The notes below the pieces were generated by a model. It was given only the letters and a program-made list of their open reading frames with translations, was not told the origin of the DNA and made no database searches. DNA of 64,000 bases. Origin: Escherichia coli. GTDB taxonomy: Bacteria > Pseudomonadota > Gammaproteobacteria > Enterobacterales > Enterobacteriaceae. This document shows, one piece after another, positions 45,643 through 57,947 of the stretch. Both the position numbers and the translations under genes were made by a program. The stretch lies in NCBI RefSeq assembly GCF_003334785.1, contig NZ_QOWV01000016.1. One strand, written 5' to 3'. Numbering within the stretch: the stretch's first letter is position 1; every line of letters begins with the position of its first letter.

Positions 45643-47631
45643 TTGCGCGTAAGTCGCTCGTTAACAATCAAGCAGATGGCAATGGTGGCAGCCGTTGTCC
45701 TGGTGTTCGTTTTTATTTTTTGCACCGTTTTGCTGTTCCATCTGGTCCAGCAGAATCGCTATAACACGGCTACGCAACTGGAAAGCATTGCTCGCTCTGT
45801 CCGCGAACCCTTATCTTCAGCTATTTTGAAAGGCGATATTCCCGAAGCGGAAGCTATTCTTGCCAGCATTAAACCGGCAGGCGTGGTCAGCCGTGCCGAT
45901 GTAGTGCTGCCTAACCAGTTCCAGGCGCTGCGTAAAAGTTTTATTCCAGAGCGCCCGGTGCCGGTAATGGTTACTCGCCTGTTTGAGCTACCGGTTCAAA
46001 TCTCGCTGGGCGTTTACTCGCTCGAACGTCCGGCAAACCCGCAGCCAATTGCCTATCTGGTACTACAGGCGGATTCCTTCCGTATGTATAAGTTCGTGAT
46101 GAGCACCCTCTCAACGTTAGTGACCATTTACTTACTTTTGTCGCTTATCCTGACCGTCGCCATCAGCTGGTGCATTAACCGCCTGATTTTGCATCCGTTA
46201 CGCAATATTGCTCGCGAACTTAACGCCATCCCAGCCAAGGAGCTTGTTGGTCACCAACTGGCATTACCGCGTCTGCATCAGGACGATGAAATCGGTATGT
46301 TGGTGCGCAGTTACAACCTCAACCAGCAATTGCTGCAGCGCCATTATGAAGAACAGAACGAAAATGCGATGCGCTTCCCGGTGTCGGATTTGCCGAACAA
46401 AGCCTTGCTGATGGAGATGCTGGAGCAGGTTGTCGCGCGTAAACAAACCACCGCGCTGATGATCATCACCTGTGAAACCCTGCGTGATACTGCGGGCGTG
46501 CTGAAAGAGGCGCAACGAGAAATTCTGCTGCTGACGCTGGTGGAAAAACTCAAATCGGTACTGTCGCCACGTATGATCCTCGCGCAGATTAGCGGTTATG
46601 ACTTTGCTGTCATTGCCAACGGTGTACAGGAACCGTGGCACGCAATCACCTTAGGTCAGCAAGTGCTCACTATCATGAGCGAGCGCCTGCCGATTGAACG
46701 TATTCAACTCCGTCCGCACTGTAGCATTGGCGTGGCGATGTTCTACGGCGATCTCACCGCCGAACAGCTTTACAGTCGCGCTATTTCTGCGGCATTTACC
46801 GCTCGCCATAAAGGCAAGAATCAGATTCAGTTCTTTGATCCGCAGCAGATGGAAGCCGCCCAGAAGCGGTTGACGGAAGAGAGCGATATCCTTAATGCAC
46901 TGGAAAATCATCAGTTTGCTATTTGGTTACAGCCACAGGTCGAGATGACCAGCGGTAAACTGGTCAGTGCGGAAGTGTTACTGCGTATCCAGCAACCGGA
47001 TGGCAGTTGGGACCTGCCGGATGGCTTAATCGATCGCATTGAGTGCTGTGGGCTGATGGTTACCGTCGGTCACTGGGTGCTGGAAGAGTCCTGTCGATTG
47101 CTTGCAGCCTGGCAAGAGCGCGGCATTATGCTGCCCTTGTCGGTAAACCTCTCTGCGCTGCAACTGATGCACCCGAATATGGTGGCGGATATGCTGGAAC
47201 TGTTAACCCGCTATCGCATTCAGCCGGGAACACTGATTCTGGAAGTGACAGAAAGCCGACGTATTGACGACCCTCATGCTGCGGTGGCAATCCTCCGTCC
47301 GCTGCGCAATGCCGGAGTTCGGGTGGCGCTGGATGATTTCGGCATGGGCTACGCAGGGCTGCGTCAGCTGCAGCATATGAAATCGTTGCCAATCGACGTA
47401 CTGAAAATCGACAAAATGTTTGTTGAAGGCTTGCCGGGAGATAGCAGCATGATTGCTGCAATTATCATGCTGGCGCAGAGCCTGAACTTACAAATGATTG
47501 CCGAAGGCGTGGAGACTGAAGCACAACGCGACTGGCTGGCAAAAGCGGGCGTTGGTATTGCCCAGGGCTTCCTTTTTGCTCGCCCACTCCCTATTGAAAT
47601 CTTCGAAGAGAGTTACCTGGAAGAAAAGTAG
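45643..47631 (+). CDS. pdeK: c-di-GMP phosphodiesterase PdeK/YhjK (TM-HAMP-degenerate GGDEF-EAL); start uncertain
   Basis: ORF 45643..47631 begins at a TTG; in-frame ATGs follow at codons 12 and 14 (MAMVAAVV...). EAL-domain motifs are present in the C-terminal half. Confidence 0.85.
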
Positions 47632-47777
47632 CTACCCCAAACTGATTACAAAACTTTAAAAAGTGCTGGTTTGTGCGAGCCAGCTCAAACTTTTTAACCT
47701 TTTTGTTTCAATTATGATCCAGGTACATTTCTGTGATGTTGTCTGGGTGTTATTTTAAGGCCGCAGGTACCCCATAA

Positions 47778-49100
<1,323 letters not shown>

Positions 49101-49320
49101 TCTCATCACTTATGCCCGCACTCCCTTCCCCGAGTGCGGGTGTTTGCGCATAATTGACCCCTGTGCCTGAACTTACCACCTGGGTGAGTTCAGGTTTATT
49201 TCACTTCTTCCGTGACATTTTCATGTTCTTGCGGTCTAACACGAAGTGTTTTTAACGTCATTTAGACTGACCGACAACGGGCAGTTTTTTTATTACCAGG
49301 ATAGTTGATCAGGGGTTCAC

Positions 49321-50817
49321 ATGCAGGGCACAAAAATTCGACTTTTAGCGGGCGGTTTGCTGATGATGGCCACTGCTGGCTATGTGCAGGCAGATGCGCT
49401 CCAGCCTGATCCAGCATGGCAACAGGGGACGCTTTCCAACGGTTTACAGTGGCAAGTGCTGACCACCCCCCAGCGTCCCAGCGATCGTGTTGAAATTCGC
49501 CTGCTGGTTAATACCGGTTCGCTCGCCGAAAGTACACAACAGAGCGGTTACAGTCACGCCATCCCTCGTATTGCGCTAACGCAAAGCGGTGGCCTTGACG
49601 CAGCACAGGCGCGTTCATTGTGGCAGCAGGGGATCGACCCTAAACGCCCGATGCCGCCGGTAATTGTCTCTTATGACACCACGCTGTTTAATCTGAGTTT
49701 GCCCAATAACCGTAACGATTTGCTGAAAGAAGCGCTCTCTTATCTGGCAAATGCCACTGGCAAATTGACCATCACACCAGAAACCATCAACCACGCGCTG
49801 CAAAGTCAGGACATGGTGGCAACCTGGCCTGCCGATACTAAAGAGGGCTGGTGGCGCTATCGTCTGAAAGGGTCAACCTTGTTAGGTCACGATCCTGCCG
49901 ATCCGCTGAAACAACCCGTTGAAGCGGAAAAAATTAAAGATTTCTATCAGAAATGGTACACCCCGGATGCAATGACGCTACTGGTGGTGGGAAACGTGGA
50001 TGCGCGCTCGGTTGTCGACCAAATAAACAAAACGTTTGGCGAACTGAAAGGCAAACGTGAAACGCCAGCTCCGGTGCCGACGCTTTCTCCGCTGCGTGCG
50101 GAAGCGGTGAGTATTATGACTGACGCGGTGCGTCAGGACCGGTTATCTATCATGTGGGATACGCCGTGGCAGCCGATTCGTGAATCAGCCGCACTGCTGC
50201 GCTACTGGCGTGCGGACCTGGCCCGCGAGGCGCTGTTCTGGCATGTTCAGCAAGCGTTAAGTGCCAGTAACAGCAAAGACATCGGTCTTGGATTTGACTG
50301 CCGTGTGCTGTATCTGCGTGCGCAGTGTGCCATCAACATCGAATCACCAAACGACAAGCTGAACAGCAACCTTAATCTGGTGGCGCGTGAACTGGCGAAG
50401 GTTCGCGATAAAGGTCTGCCGGAAGAAGAGTTCAATGCGTTAGTGGCGCAAAAGAAACTGGAGCTGCAGAAACTGTTTGCCGCCTATGCACGAGCTGATA
50501 CCGATATTCTGATGGGTCAGCGGATGCGTTCGTTGCAAAATCAGGTTGTCGATATCGCGCCGGAGCAATATCAGAAACTGCGGCAGGATTTCCTTAATAG
50601 CCTGACGGTAGAGATGTTAAATCAGGATCTGCGTCAACAGTTGTCGAATGATATGGCGTTAATACTGCTGCAGCCGAAAGGCGAGCCGGAATTTAACATG
50701 AAAGCGTTGCAGGCGGTCTGGGATCAAATCATGGCCCCATCTACCGCCGCTGCGACCACCTCTGTCGCCACGGATGACGTACATCCTGAAGTGACGGATA
50801 TTCCACCTGCACAGTAA
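49321..50817 (+). CDS. yhjJ: Putative periplasmic M16-family zinc peptidase-like protein YhjJ (498 aa)
   Basis: MQGTKIRLLAGGLLMMATAGYVQA| signal peptide; pitrilysin-like fold inferred from the overall sequence. Confidence 0.8.
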   Translation: MQGTKIRLLAGGLLMMATAGYVQADALQPDPAWQQGTLSNGLQWQVLTTPQRPSDRVEIRLLVNTGSLAESTQQSGYSHAIPRIALTQSGGLDAAQARSLWQQGIDPKRPMPPVIVSYDTTLFNLSLPNNRNDLLKEALSYLANATGKLTITPETINHALQSQDMVATWPADTKEGWWRYRLKGSTLLGHDPADPLKQPVEAEKIKDFYQKWYTPDAMTLLVVGNVDARSVVDQINKTFGELKGKRETPAPVPTLSPLRAEAVSIMTDAVRQDRLSIMWDTPWQPIRESAALLRYWRADLAREALFWHVQQALSASNSKDIGLGFDCRVLYLRAQCAINIESPNDKLNSNLNLVARELAKVRDKGLPEEEFNALVAQKKLELQKLFAAYARADTDILMGQRMRSLQNQVVDIAPEQYQKLRQDFLNSLTVEMLNQDLRQQLSNDMALILLQPKGEPEFNMKALQAVWDQIMAPSTAAATTSVATDDVHPEVTDIPPAQ

Positions 50818-50912
50818 TGCCTGATGGTGATGAGTTAGCACAACCATCAGGTATTTATGGATGAGCTGGATAGAGGGGTAACACTTTATCCAGCCTTTTG
50901 CATATGCTGCGT

Positions 50913-51842
50913 TTACGCTGGCATCGCCTCACGCGGGATAATCGCGCCGCGATACTGAATAACGGTACTTGCGGTCAGGTGCCCACGTTTCGCCGCGTCT
51001 TCCGCGCTGCCGCCTGTCAGACGTACCGCCAGATAACCGGCACTGAAAGAGTCGCCAGCTGCGGTGGTATCGATCACTTTTTCTTTCGGCAGTTTCACCG
51101 CCGGAACATCCACTAACCCTTCGCCAGCAATGGACACCAGGCAAGAATCCGCCCCGCGTTTCACCACCACTTCTTTCACGCCCGCGTTATGGGTGCGCGC
51201 AATGACGTCTTCCACCGGCTGTTGACCCCACAGCGCGTCTTCGTCGTCCAGCGTCAGGAAGGCGATATCCGTGCATTCCAGCATTTGTTGGTACACCTGC
51301 TGTGTCTCTTCTTTGCTGGCCCACAGGCGCGGACGATAGTTATTGTCGAAAATCACTTTTCCGCCGTTGGCGCGGCATTCGCGCAGCAGGGAAAGCAGCT
51401 TTTCGCGGCTGGTCGGGCTTAAGATCGCCAGGCTAATCCCGCTCAGGTAGAGATAATCGAAATTCGCCAGCTCTTCGCAAATCGCCGCAGACTGCTCACT
51501 CTCCAGCCAGAATTTGGCGGCGGCTTCGTTCCGCCAGTAGTAGAACGTACGCTCGCCGGTGCTGTCGGTTTCAATGTAGTAAAGGCCCGGCAGACGGTTT
51601 TCCATCCGTTGGGTCAGGGAAGTATCAACGTTCTCGCCGTGCCAGGCGTCCAGCATCTGCTGGCTAAAACTGTCCGTTCCCAGCGCCGTTACGTAATGAA
51701 CGGTTAATGCCGCAGGATCGACCTGACGGGCGATATAGACGGAAGTGTTCAGGGTATCGCCGCCGAAACCGCGCTTAACGTCCGCGCCTTTCTCGGAAAG
51801 CTCAATCATGCATTCGCCAATCACGGCAATCTTTTTGGACAT
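50913..51842 (-). CDS. kdgK: 2-dehydro-3-deoxygluconokinase (309 aa)
   Basis: ORF 50913..52190; start taken at MSKKIAVIGECMIELSEKGADVKRGFGGDTLNTSVYIARQ...; PfkB-family with C-terminal DTTAAGDSF motif. Confidence 0.9.
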   Translation of the reverse strand: MSKKIAVIGECMIELSEKGADVKRGFGGDTLNTSVYIARQVDPAALTVHYVTALGTDSFSQQMLDAWHGENVDTSLTQRMENRLPGLYYIETDSTGERTFYYWRNEAAAKFWLESEQSAAICEELANFDYLYLSGISLAILSPTSREKLLSLLRECRANGGKVIFDNNYRPRLWASKEETQQVYQQMLECTDIAFLTLDDEDALWGQQPVEDVIARTHNAGVKEVVVKRGADSCLVSIAGEGLVDVPAVKLPKEKVIDTTAAGDSFSAGYLAVRLTGGSAEDAAKRGHLTASTVIQYRGAIIPREAMPA

Positions 51843-51908
51843 AGTCGTGAACCTGATCTGTAAAAAATTAGCGTTAGTTTGCGCTGTGGTGGTTTGCTGG
51901 TCAACCAT

Positions 51909-51928
51909 ATTAAAACAGTGTTCCATTA
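51909..51928. promoter_or_regulatory. Candidate KdgR operator upstream of kdgK
   Basis: attaaaacagtgttccatta: near-palindrome resembling the KdgR box (AAACA-NN-TGTTT core), about 70-85 bp upstream of the kdgK ATG. Motif recalled from memory. Confidence 0.35.
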
Positions 51929-52073
51929 TTTTTTTGAGCCAGAACGTATTCCTGAAAGATTCCGTTGTGGAGTGAGGAAATTTACCCCGGCCAGGCGGTA
52001 AAGTTCTGCCCTTACGCGCCGATAATCTTTGTCGAGTCCGGGCAGCATCACTTTTAAACACAGGACATCTTTG

Positions 52074-52841
52074 ATGATAAGGCAGGTTATCCAGCGAATA
52101 AGCAACCCTGAAGCAAGCATCGAGAGCTTGCAGGAACGGCGTTTTTGGTTGCAGTGTGAGCGTGCTTACACCTGGCAGCCGATCTATCAAACATGCGGGC
52201 GGTTAATGGCCGTGGAGCTATTAACGGTGGTCACGCATCCCTTGAACCCTTCGCAACGCCTGCCGCCGGATCGCTATTTTACTGAAATCACCGTCAGCCA
52301 TCGGATGGAGGTTGTGAAAGAGCAGATTGATTTGCTGGCGCAAAAAGCCGACTTCTTTATAGAGCACGGCCTGCTGGCATCGGTCAATATTGATGGCCCT
52401 ACGCTCATCGCCCTGCGTCAGCAACCAAAAATCCTGCGCCAGATTGAGCGTCTTCCCTGGCTGCGTTTCGAACTGGTGGAGCATATCCGTCTGCCGAAAG
52501 ATTCAACCTTTGCCTCGATGTGTGAATTTGGCCCGCTGTGGCTGGATGATTTTGGTACCGGGATGGCAAATTTCTCTGCGCTAAGTGAAGTGCGTTATGA
52601 CTACATCAAAATCGCGCGAGAACTGTTTGTGATGCTGCGTCAGTCGCCGGAAGGACGCACACTCTTTTCTCAGCTTTTACATCTAATGAATCGCTATTGT
52701 CGCGGGGTGATTGTCGAGGGCGTAGAAACGCCGGAAGAGTGGCGTGATGTTCAGAACTCGCCCGCATTCGCCGCACAAGGCTGGTTTCTTTCACGCCCGG
52801 CACCGATAGAAACGCTGAATACGGCGGTTCTGGCGCTATAA
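52074..52841 (+). CDS. pdeH: c-di-GMP phosphodiesterase PdeH/YhjH (stand-alone EAL), 255 aa
   Basis: ORF 52029..52841; start at MIRQVIQRISNPEASIESLQERRFWLQCERAYTWQPIYQ...; EAL-domain residues (ELLTV ... DDFGTG) present. Confidence 0.9.
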   Translation: MIRQVIQRISNPEASIESLQERRFWLQCERAYTWQPIYQTCGRLMAVELLTVVTHPLNPSQRLPPDRYFTEITVSHRMEVVKEQIDLLAQKADFFIEHGLLASVNIDGPTLIALRQQPKILRQIERLPWLRFELVEHIRLPKDSTFASMCEFGPLWLDDFGTGMANFSALSEVRYDYIKIARELFVMLRQSPEGRTLFSQLLHLMNRYCRGVIVEGVETPEEWRDVQNSPAFAAQGWFLSRPAPIETLNTAVLAL

Positions 52842-52910
52842 GCTGCCTCATTTTCCGCCTGGCTGGACTATCTTTAGGACTGGCACAGGAAGAATATGAG
52901 GAAGCGAACG

Positions 52911-54971
52911 ATGAGCAAGGCAGGCAAAATAACCGCTGCGATTTCAGGGGCTTTCTTGTTGTTGATTGTCGTGGCGATCATTTTGATTGCAACTTTTGAC
53001 TGGAATCGACTCAAACCGACTATCAACCAGAAAGTCTCTGCGGAGTTGAATCGTCCGTTCGCTATCCGTGGCGATCTGGGCGTGGTGTGGGAGCGGCAAA
53101 AACAAGAAACTGGCTGGCGCAGCTGGGTGCCGTGGCCCCATGTACACGCGGAAGACATCATTCTTGGCAATCCACCGGATATTCCCGAAGTCACGATGGT
53201 GCATTTGCCACGCGTAGAGGCAACGCTGGCCCCGCTGGCGCTGCTGACCAAAACGGTCTGGCTGCCGTGGATCAAGCTCGAAAAGCCCGACGCGCGCCTG
53301 ATTCGCCTCTCTGAAAAGAACAATAACTGGACGTTTAATCTTGCCAACGATGATAACAAAGACGCGAATGCAAAGCCGTCGGCATGGTCGTTTCGGCTGG
53401 ATAATATTCTTTTCGATCAAGGGCGGATCGCCATTGATGACAAAGTAAGCAAAGCGGATCTGGAGATTTTTGTTGATCCCTTAGGCAAGCCGCTGCCGTT
53501 CAGCGAAGTTACTGGATCGAAAGGTAAAGCGGATAAAGAAAAGGTGGGCGATTACGTTTTTGGCCTGAAGGCGCAGGGACGATATAACGGTGAACCGCTC
53601 ACGGGTACGGGAAAAATAGGCGGTATGCTGGCGCTGCGTGGCGAAGGGACGCCGTTTCCGGTACAGGCTGATTTCCGCTCTGGTAACACCCGTGTTGCTT
53701 TTGATGGCGTCGTGAATGACCCAATGAAGATGGGCGGTGTCGATTTACGGCTTAAATTTTCTGGCGATTCACTGGGTGATCTCTATGAACTGACGGGCGT
53801 TCTGCTGCCCGATACCCCGCCGTTTGAAACGGATGGTCGGCTGGTAGCGAAAATCGACACTGAAAAATCGTCGGTCTTTGATTATCGCGGTTTTAATGGG
53901 CGAATTGGTGATAGCGATATCCACGGTTCTCTGGTCTACACCACCGGAAAGCCACGACCAAAACTGGAAGGTGATGTCGAGTCGCGGCAATTGCGGCTGG
54001 CGGACCTGGGACCGTTGATTGGCGTTGATTCCGGGAAAGGGGCAGAAAAGTCGAAACGGTCTGAACAGAAGAAGGGCGAAAAAAGCGTTCAGCCTGCGGG
54101 CAAAGTGCTGCCTTATGACCGCTTCGAAACCGATAAATGGGACGTTATGGATGCCGATGTTCGCTTCAAAGGGCGGCGCATTGAGCATGGCAGTAGCCTG
54201 CCGATTAGCGATCTTTCTACTCATATCATCCTCAAAAATGCTGACCTGCGCCTGCAACCGCTGAAATTTGGCATGGCGGGCGGCAGCATTGCGGCGAATA
54301 TTCATCTGGAAGGCGATAAAAAGCCGATGCAGGGGCGGGCAGATATTCAGGCTCGTCGACTGAAACTGAAAGAACTGATGCCCGATGTGGAACTGATGCA
54401 GAAGACGCTGGGGGAAATGAACGGTGACGCGGAACTACGCGGTAGCGGTAACTCGGTGGCGGCACTTTTAGGCAACAGTAACGGCAACCTGAAACTGTTG
54501 ATGAATGACGGGCTGGTGAGCCGCAACCTGATGGAGATTGTTGGGCTGAATGTCGGCAACTACATTGTCGGTGCGATATTTGGTGATGATGAGGTGCGGG
54601 TGAACTGCGCGGCGGCGAATCTGAATATTGCCAACGGCGTGGCGCGCCCGCAGATTTTTGCTTTCGATACTGAGAACGCGTTGATTAATGTTACCGGCAC
54701 GGCAAGTTTTGCTTCGGAACAGCTGGATTTGACTATTGATCCGGAGAGTAAAGGAATTCGGATTATCACACTGCGTTCGCCGCTGTATGTGCGGGGGACG
54801 TTTAAAAATCCGCAGGCTGGGGTGAAAGCCGGACCGCTGATTGCCCGTGGTGCTGTTGCTGCGGCACTGGCAACGCTGGTAACACCGGCGGCGGCGTTAC
54901 TGGCACTGATCTCACCTTCCGAAGGGGAGGCTAATCAGTGTCGGACGATTTTGTCGCAGATGAAGAAGTGA
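52911..54971 (+). CDS. yhjG: AsmA-family protein YhjG (about 686 aa)
   Basis: ORF 52896..54971; start assumed at MSKAGKITAAISGAFLLLIVVAIILIATFDWNRLKP (N-terminal TM anchor); an alternative ATG lies 15 nt upstream. Confidence 0.85.
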   Translation: MSKAGKITAAISGAFLLLIVVAIILIATFDWNRLKPTINQKVSAELNRPFAIRGDLGVVWERQKQETGWRSWVPWPHVHAEDIILGNPPDIPEVTMVHLPRVEATLAPLALLTKTVWLPWIKLEKPDARLIRLSEKNNNWTFNLANDDNKDANAKPSAWSFRLDNILFDQGRIAIDDKVSKADLEIFVDPLGKPLPFSEVTGSKGKADKEKVGDYVFGLKAQGRYNGEPLTGTGKIGGMLALRGEGTPFPVQADFRSGNTRVAFDGVVNDPMKMGGVDLRLKFSGDSLGDLYELTGVLLPDTPPFETDGRLVAKIDTEKSSVFDYRGFNGRIGDSDIHGSLVYTTGKPRPKLEGDVESRQLRLADLGPLIGVDSGKGAEKSKRSEQKKGEKSVQPAGKVLPYDRFETDKWDVMDADVRFKGRRIEHGSSLPISDLSTHIILKNADLRLQPLKFGMAGGSIAANIHLEGDKKPMQGRADIQARRLKLKELMPDVELMQKTLGEMNGDAELRGSGNSVAALLGNSNGNLKLLMNDGLVSRNLMEIVGLNVGNYIVGAIFGDDEVRVNCAAANLNIANGVARPQIFAFDTENALINVTGTASFASEQLDLTIDPESKGIRIITLRSPLYVRGTFKNPQAGVKAGPLIARGAVAAALATLVTPAAALLALISPSEGEANQCRTILSQMKK

Positions 54972-54979
54972 TGATAATT

Positions 54980-55130
54980 GCCGGATGTCTGACATCCGGC
55001 AATTAAACAGATTTAGATTGTTGGCAAAGTGTGCTTTGTTCATGCCGGATGCGGCGTGAACGCCTTATCCGGCCTACAAATCCTTGCGAATTCAATATAT
55101 TGTATGGAAATTCAGGCCTGATAAGCGTAG
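54980..55130. repeat. REP/BIME cluster between convergent yhjG and yhjE
   Basis: gccggatgtctgacatccggc; gccggatgcggcgtgaacgccttatccggcctac; aggcctgataagcgtagcgcatcaggc. Confidence 0.8.
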
Positions 55131-55152
55131 CGCATCAGGCTTTTCACTCTTA

Positions 55153-56475
55153 TTACAACGACTGATGTCGCGTCTCATGGGTCAGCAGCAGGGCGATTAA
55201 CGTCAAGCCAGCCATCGCCGCCAGATATAACCCCACCGCACCTAGCCCGTAGTTAGTCTGCAACCAGGCTGCGATATATGGCGCAACGGAAGCCCCGAGA
55301 ATCGACGCTACGTTGTAAGAGAACGATGCTCCGGTGTAACGCACTTCTGTCGGAAACAGCTCTGGTAACAGCGCACCCATTGGCCCGAAGGTCAGACCCA
55401 TCAGACTTAACCCCAGCAGCAGGAAGGCAAAAACCAGAATCGGGTTGCCAGAACCGAGCAGTGGGTTAAAGGCGAACAGCGCGAACAGGATGATCAGCGT
55501 GGTGATGATTACCATGCTTTTACGGCGACCAAAGGCATCAGCCAGTAATCCAGCGACTGGCACCATCACGCCAAAACCAATAACTGCCATCATCAACATC
55601 CACAACACTTCGTTACGCGGCAGGCCAAGCCCAACTGGCGCGGCGGCGGTACTAAAGGTCATAGAGTAGACCGTCATGATGTAAAACAGCGTATAGGTTG
55701 CCAGCATAATGAACGTACCCAGTACGGTTACGCGAACATGTTTGGTCAGCAGCGTACCCAGCGGGATCTTCACCTGTTTTTTCGCTTTAGCGACTTTCTC
55801 AAACACCGGCGACTCATGCAGCGACACGCGAACATACAGGCCGATAATGACCAGCACCGCCGAGAAGATAAATGGCACACGCCAGCCCCAGCTCATAAAC
55901 TGCTCGTCGGTCAGTAGCCAGGAAAGCAGCAAGAAAGTGCCATTGGCAAAGAAGAAGCCAATCGGTGCGCCCAGCTGCGGAAAGGAGCCATACAGTGCAC
56001 GTTTGCGCGGTGGGGCGTTTTCAGTCGCCAGCAGCGCCGCGCCGCCCCATTCACCGCCTAAGCCCAGACCCTGACCAAATCGAGCCAGCGCCAGCAGCAG
56101 CGGGGCGAAAATACCAATCGTGGCATAGCCCGGCAGCAGACCAATCACCACGGTCGAAATCCCCATCGTTAGCAACGAGGCGACCAGCGTCGCTTTACGC
56201 CCAACGCGATCGCCAAAATGACCAAAAACGGCAGAGCCAATGGGGCGCGCGACGAAGGCGATGGCGAAGGTGGCGAGCGACTGTAGCGTTGCTGCCGTAG
56301 GATCGCCCTGCGGGAAGAAGATATGCGGAAACACAATAACGGCCGCAGTGGCGTAAATGTAAAAGTCGAAGAACTCAATGGCTGTGCCAATGAGAGAGGC
56401 GACAAGGACTTTATTACGCGAGTTGATCGGCGTGTATTCTTGCTCGTGGTCGAGTGTTGTGGCTGTTGCTTGCAT
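55153..56475 (-). CDS. yhjE: MFS metabolite:H+ symporter-family transporter YhjE (440 aa)
   Basis: MQATATTLDHEQEYTPINSRNKVLVASLIGTAIEFFDFYIYATAAVIVFP...; MFS signature GHFGDRVGRK. Confidence 0.9.
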   Translation of the reverse strand: MQATATTLDHEQEYTPINSRNKVLVASLIGTAIEFFDFYIYATAAVIVFPHIFFPQGDPTAATLQSLATFAIAFVARPIGSAVFGHFGDRVGRKATLVASLLTMGISTVVIGLLPGYATIGIFAPLLLALARFGQGLGLGGEWGGAALLATENAPPRKRALYGSFPQLGAPIGFFFANGTFLLLSWLLTDEQFMSWGWRVPFIFSAVLVIIGLYVRVSLHESPVFEKVAKAKKQVKIPLGTLLTKHVRVTVLGTFIMLATYTLFYIMTVYSMTFSTAAAPVGLGLPRNEVLWMLMMAVIGFGVMVPVAGLLADAFGRRKSMVIITTLIILFALFAFNPLLGSGNPILVFAFLLLGLSLMGLTFGPMGALLPELFPTEVRYTGASFSYNVASILGASVAPYIAAWLQTNYGLGAVGLYLAAMAGLTLIALLLTHETRHQSL

Positions 56476-56787
56476 AATCTTTTCTTATTTTTTGGCTAAC
56501 GAATAGCCATATTACGCACAGCAAAAGTGATATTTCAATGTGTAACAAATCGCGGAAATGGTCAAAAATCAGGCAAAAAGGGGATAATGTTTAGGCCAGT
56601 GATTTTTCTTCTATGAAATGCTTCACATAATTTTATAAATAGTGGATAAAACTGGTTTCAGGTTAAATAAAAGTTACCAACTGGATTTATATGCTGGGGT
56701 TATGAGTTGGAATGAAATTGTTTGCTCCCAAATAGATGGCTGAAGAGGCTCTGGGGACGAGTTTCAAGAGGTTATGTGCGCATTATA

Positions 56788-56883
56788 GCCGGATGCGATG
56801 CTGGCGCATCTTATCCGGCCTACGGGGAGCCAGGCCGAATAAAATCGTATGCCGGATAAGGCGTTTACGCCGCATCCGGCCTA
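56788..56883. repeat. REP elements (pair) downstream of yhjD
   Basis: gccggatgcgatgctggcgcatcttatccggcctac and gccggataaggcgtttacgccgcatccggcctat. Confidence 0.8.
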
Positions 56884-56885
56884 TT

Positions 56886-57899
56886 TTAAGGCTGCGTTTT
56901 CCCCGGCATTCGCGGGTCGTCTTTATATTCGGCGGTGGCAATCCACGCCGCGCAAAACAGCGTCAAACGGGCGAAGAAGTAGAAAAATGCCATCAGCCCC
57001 AGCACGGAACCAAATGCTGCGCCAGAGGGGGATTTCATCAACGATGGCAGGGTGTAGGTCATCACGATTTTAATCACTTCAAAACCAATAGCAGCCAGAA
57101 ATGTTCCGCGAATCAGGGCTTTTTTGCGCGGACGGTGGCGCGGCAACCGCCAGAAGATCCAGAAGAAAAGCAGATAGTTGGCGAAGATGGAAATCGCCAG
57201 GCCAATCAATCGCCACGTCGGTTTCAGCCACTCAATGCTGTTCAGGTGCAGGGCGCTAATAATCATTTGCTGCGCCGAACCGGCAACCGAGGTGATCGAA
57301 AGCGTCACAATCAGCGCAATCAACAAACCAATCAGCGAAATAAAATCTCGCAGATATTTTACCCAGAACTTCTCCTGATCTTGCGGCGAGCGTTCCCAGA
57401 CATCGCGCGACTGGGCACGAATCGCTTCACGCAGGTTACCCATCCAGTTGATGCCGGAATAAAGTGCCACCGCCAGGCCGACAAGCCCTACAGTCGTACG
57501 CTGCTGAACGGCGGTGTTGATGGTGTTTTTCAACGTGGCGGCTAGCGTCGGATCGCTGATGTTTTGCAGAATTTTGTCGAAGATATCCTGTAGCAACATC
57601 GGATGGGAGGCCAGCACAAAGCCCCCTGCGGCAAACGACACCATCAAAATTGGTATCATCGACAAAAATGAGAAATAGGTGATAGCCGCACCAAACTGGT
57701 TACCCAGCCGATCGTTAAAGCGTTCTGTCGCGCGAATCAGGTGCGCAATAACCGGTTGGCGTTGGACTTTTTCGGCAGTGGTGGTGACGGTTTCCAGCGC
57801 CTGGCTAACTTTGCTGCCTTTCTCGCTATTATCCAACGGCTTAATCGGCTCGTGCTCCAGATCCTGGATGGGACGTTTGATCTCGTTTTCCTGCGTCAT
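56886..57899 (-). CDS. yhjD: Inner-membrane protein YhjD (YihY/virulence-factor BrkB family), 337 aa
   Basis: MTQENEIKRPIQDLEHEPIKPLDNSEKGSKVSQALETVTTTAEKVQRQPVIAHLIRATERF...; six predicted TM helices. Confidence 0.9.
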   Translation of the reverse strand: MTQENEIKRPIQDLEHEPIKPLDNSEKGSKVSQALETVTTTAEKVQRQPVIAHLIRATERFNDRLGNQFGAAITYFSFLSMIPILMVSFAAGGFVLASHPMLLQDIFDKILQNISDPTLAATLKNTINTAVQQRTTVGLVGLAVALYSGINWMGNLREAIRAQSRDVWERSPQDQEKFWVKYLRDFISLIGLLIALIVTLSITSVAGSAQQMIISALHLNSIEWLKPTWRLIGLAISIFANYLLFFWIFWRLPRHRPRKKALIRGTFLAAIGFEVIKIVMTYTLPSLMKSPSGAAFGSVLGLMAFFYFFARLTLFCAAWIATAEYKDDPRMPGKTQP

Positions 57900-57947
57900 C
57901 CGCTCTTTTGTCCTTCTGTCGTGGTCATTCTTAAAAAGTATAGTCGG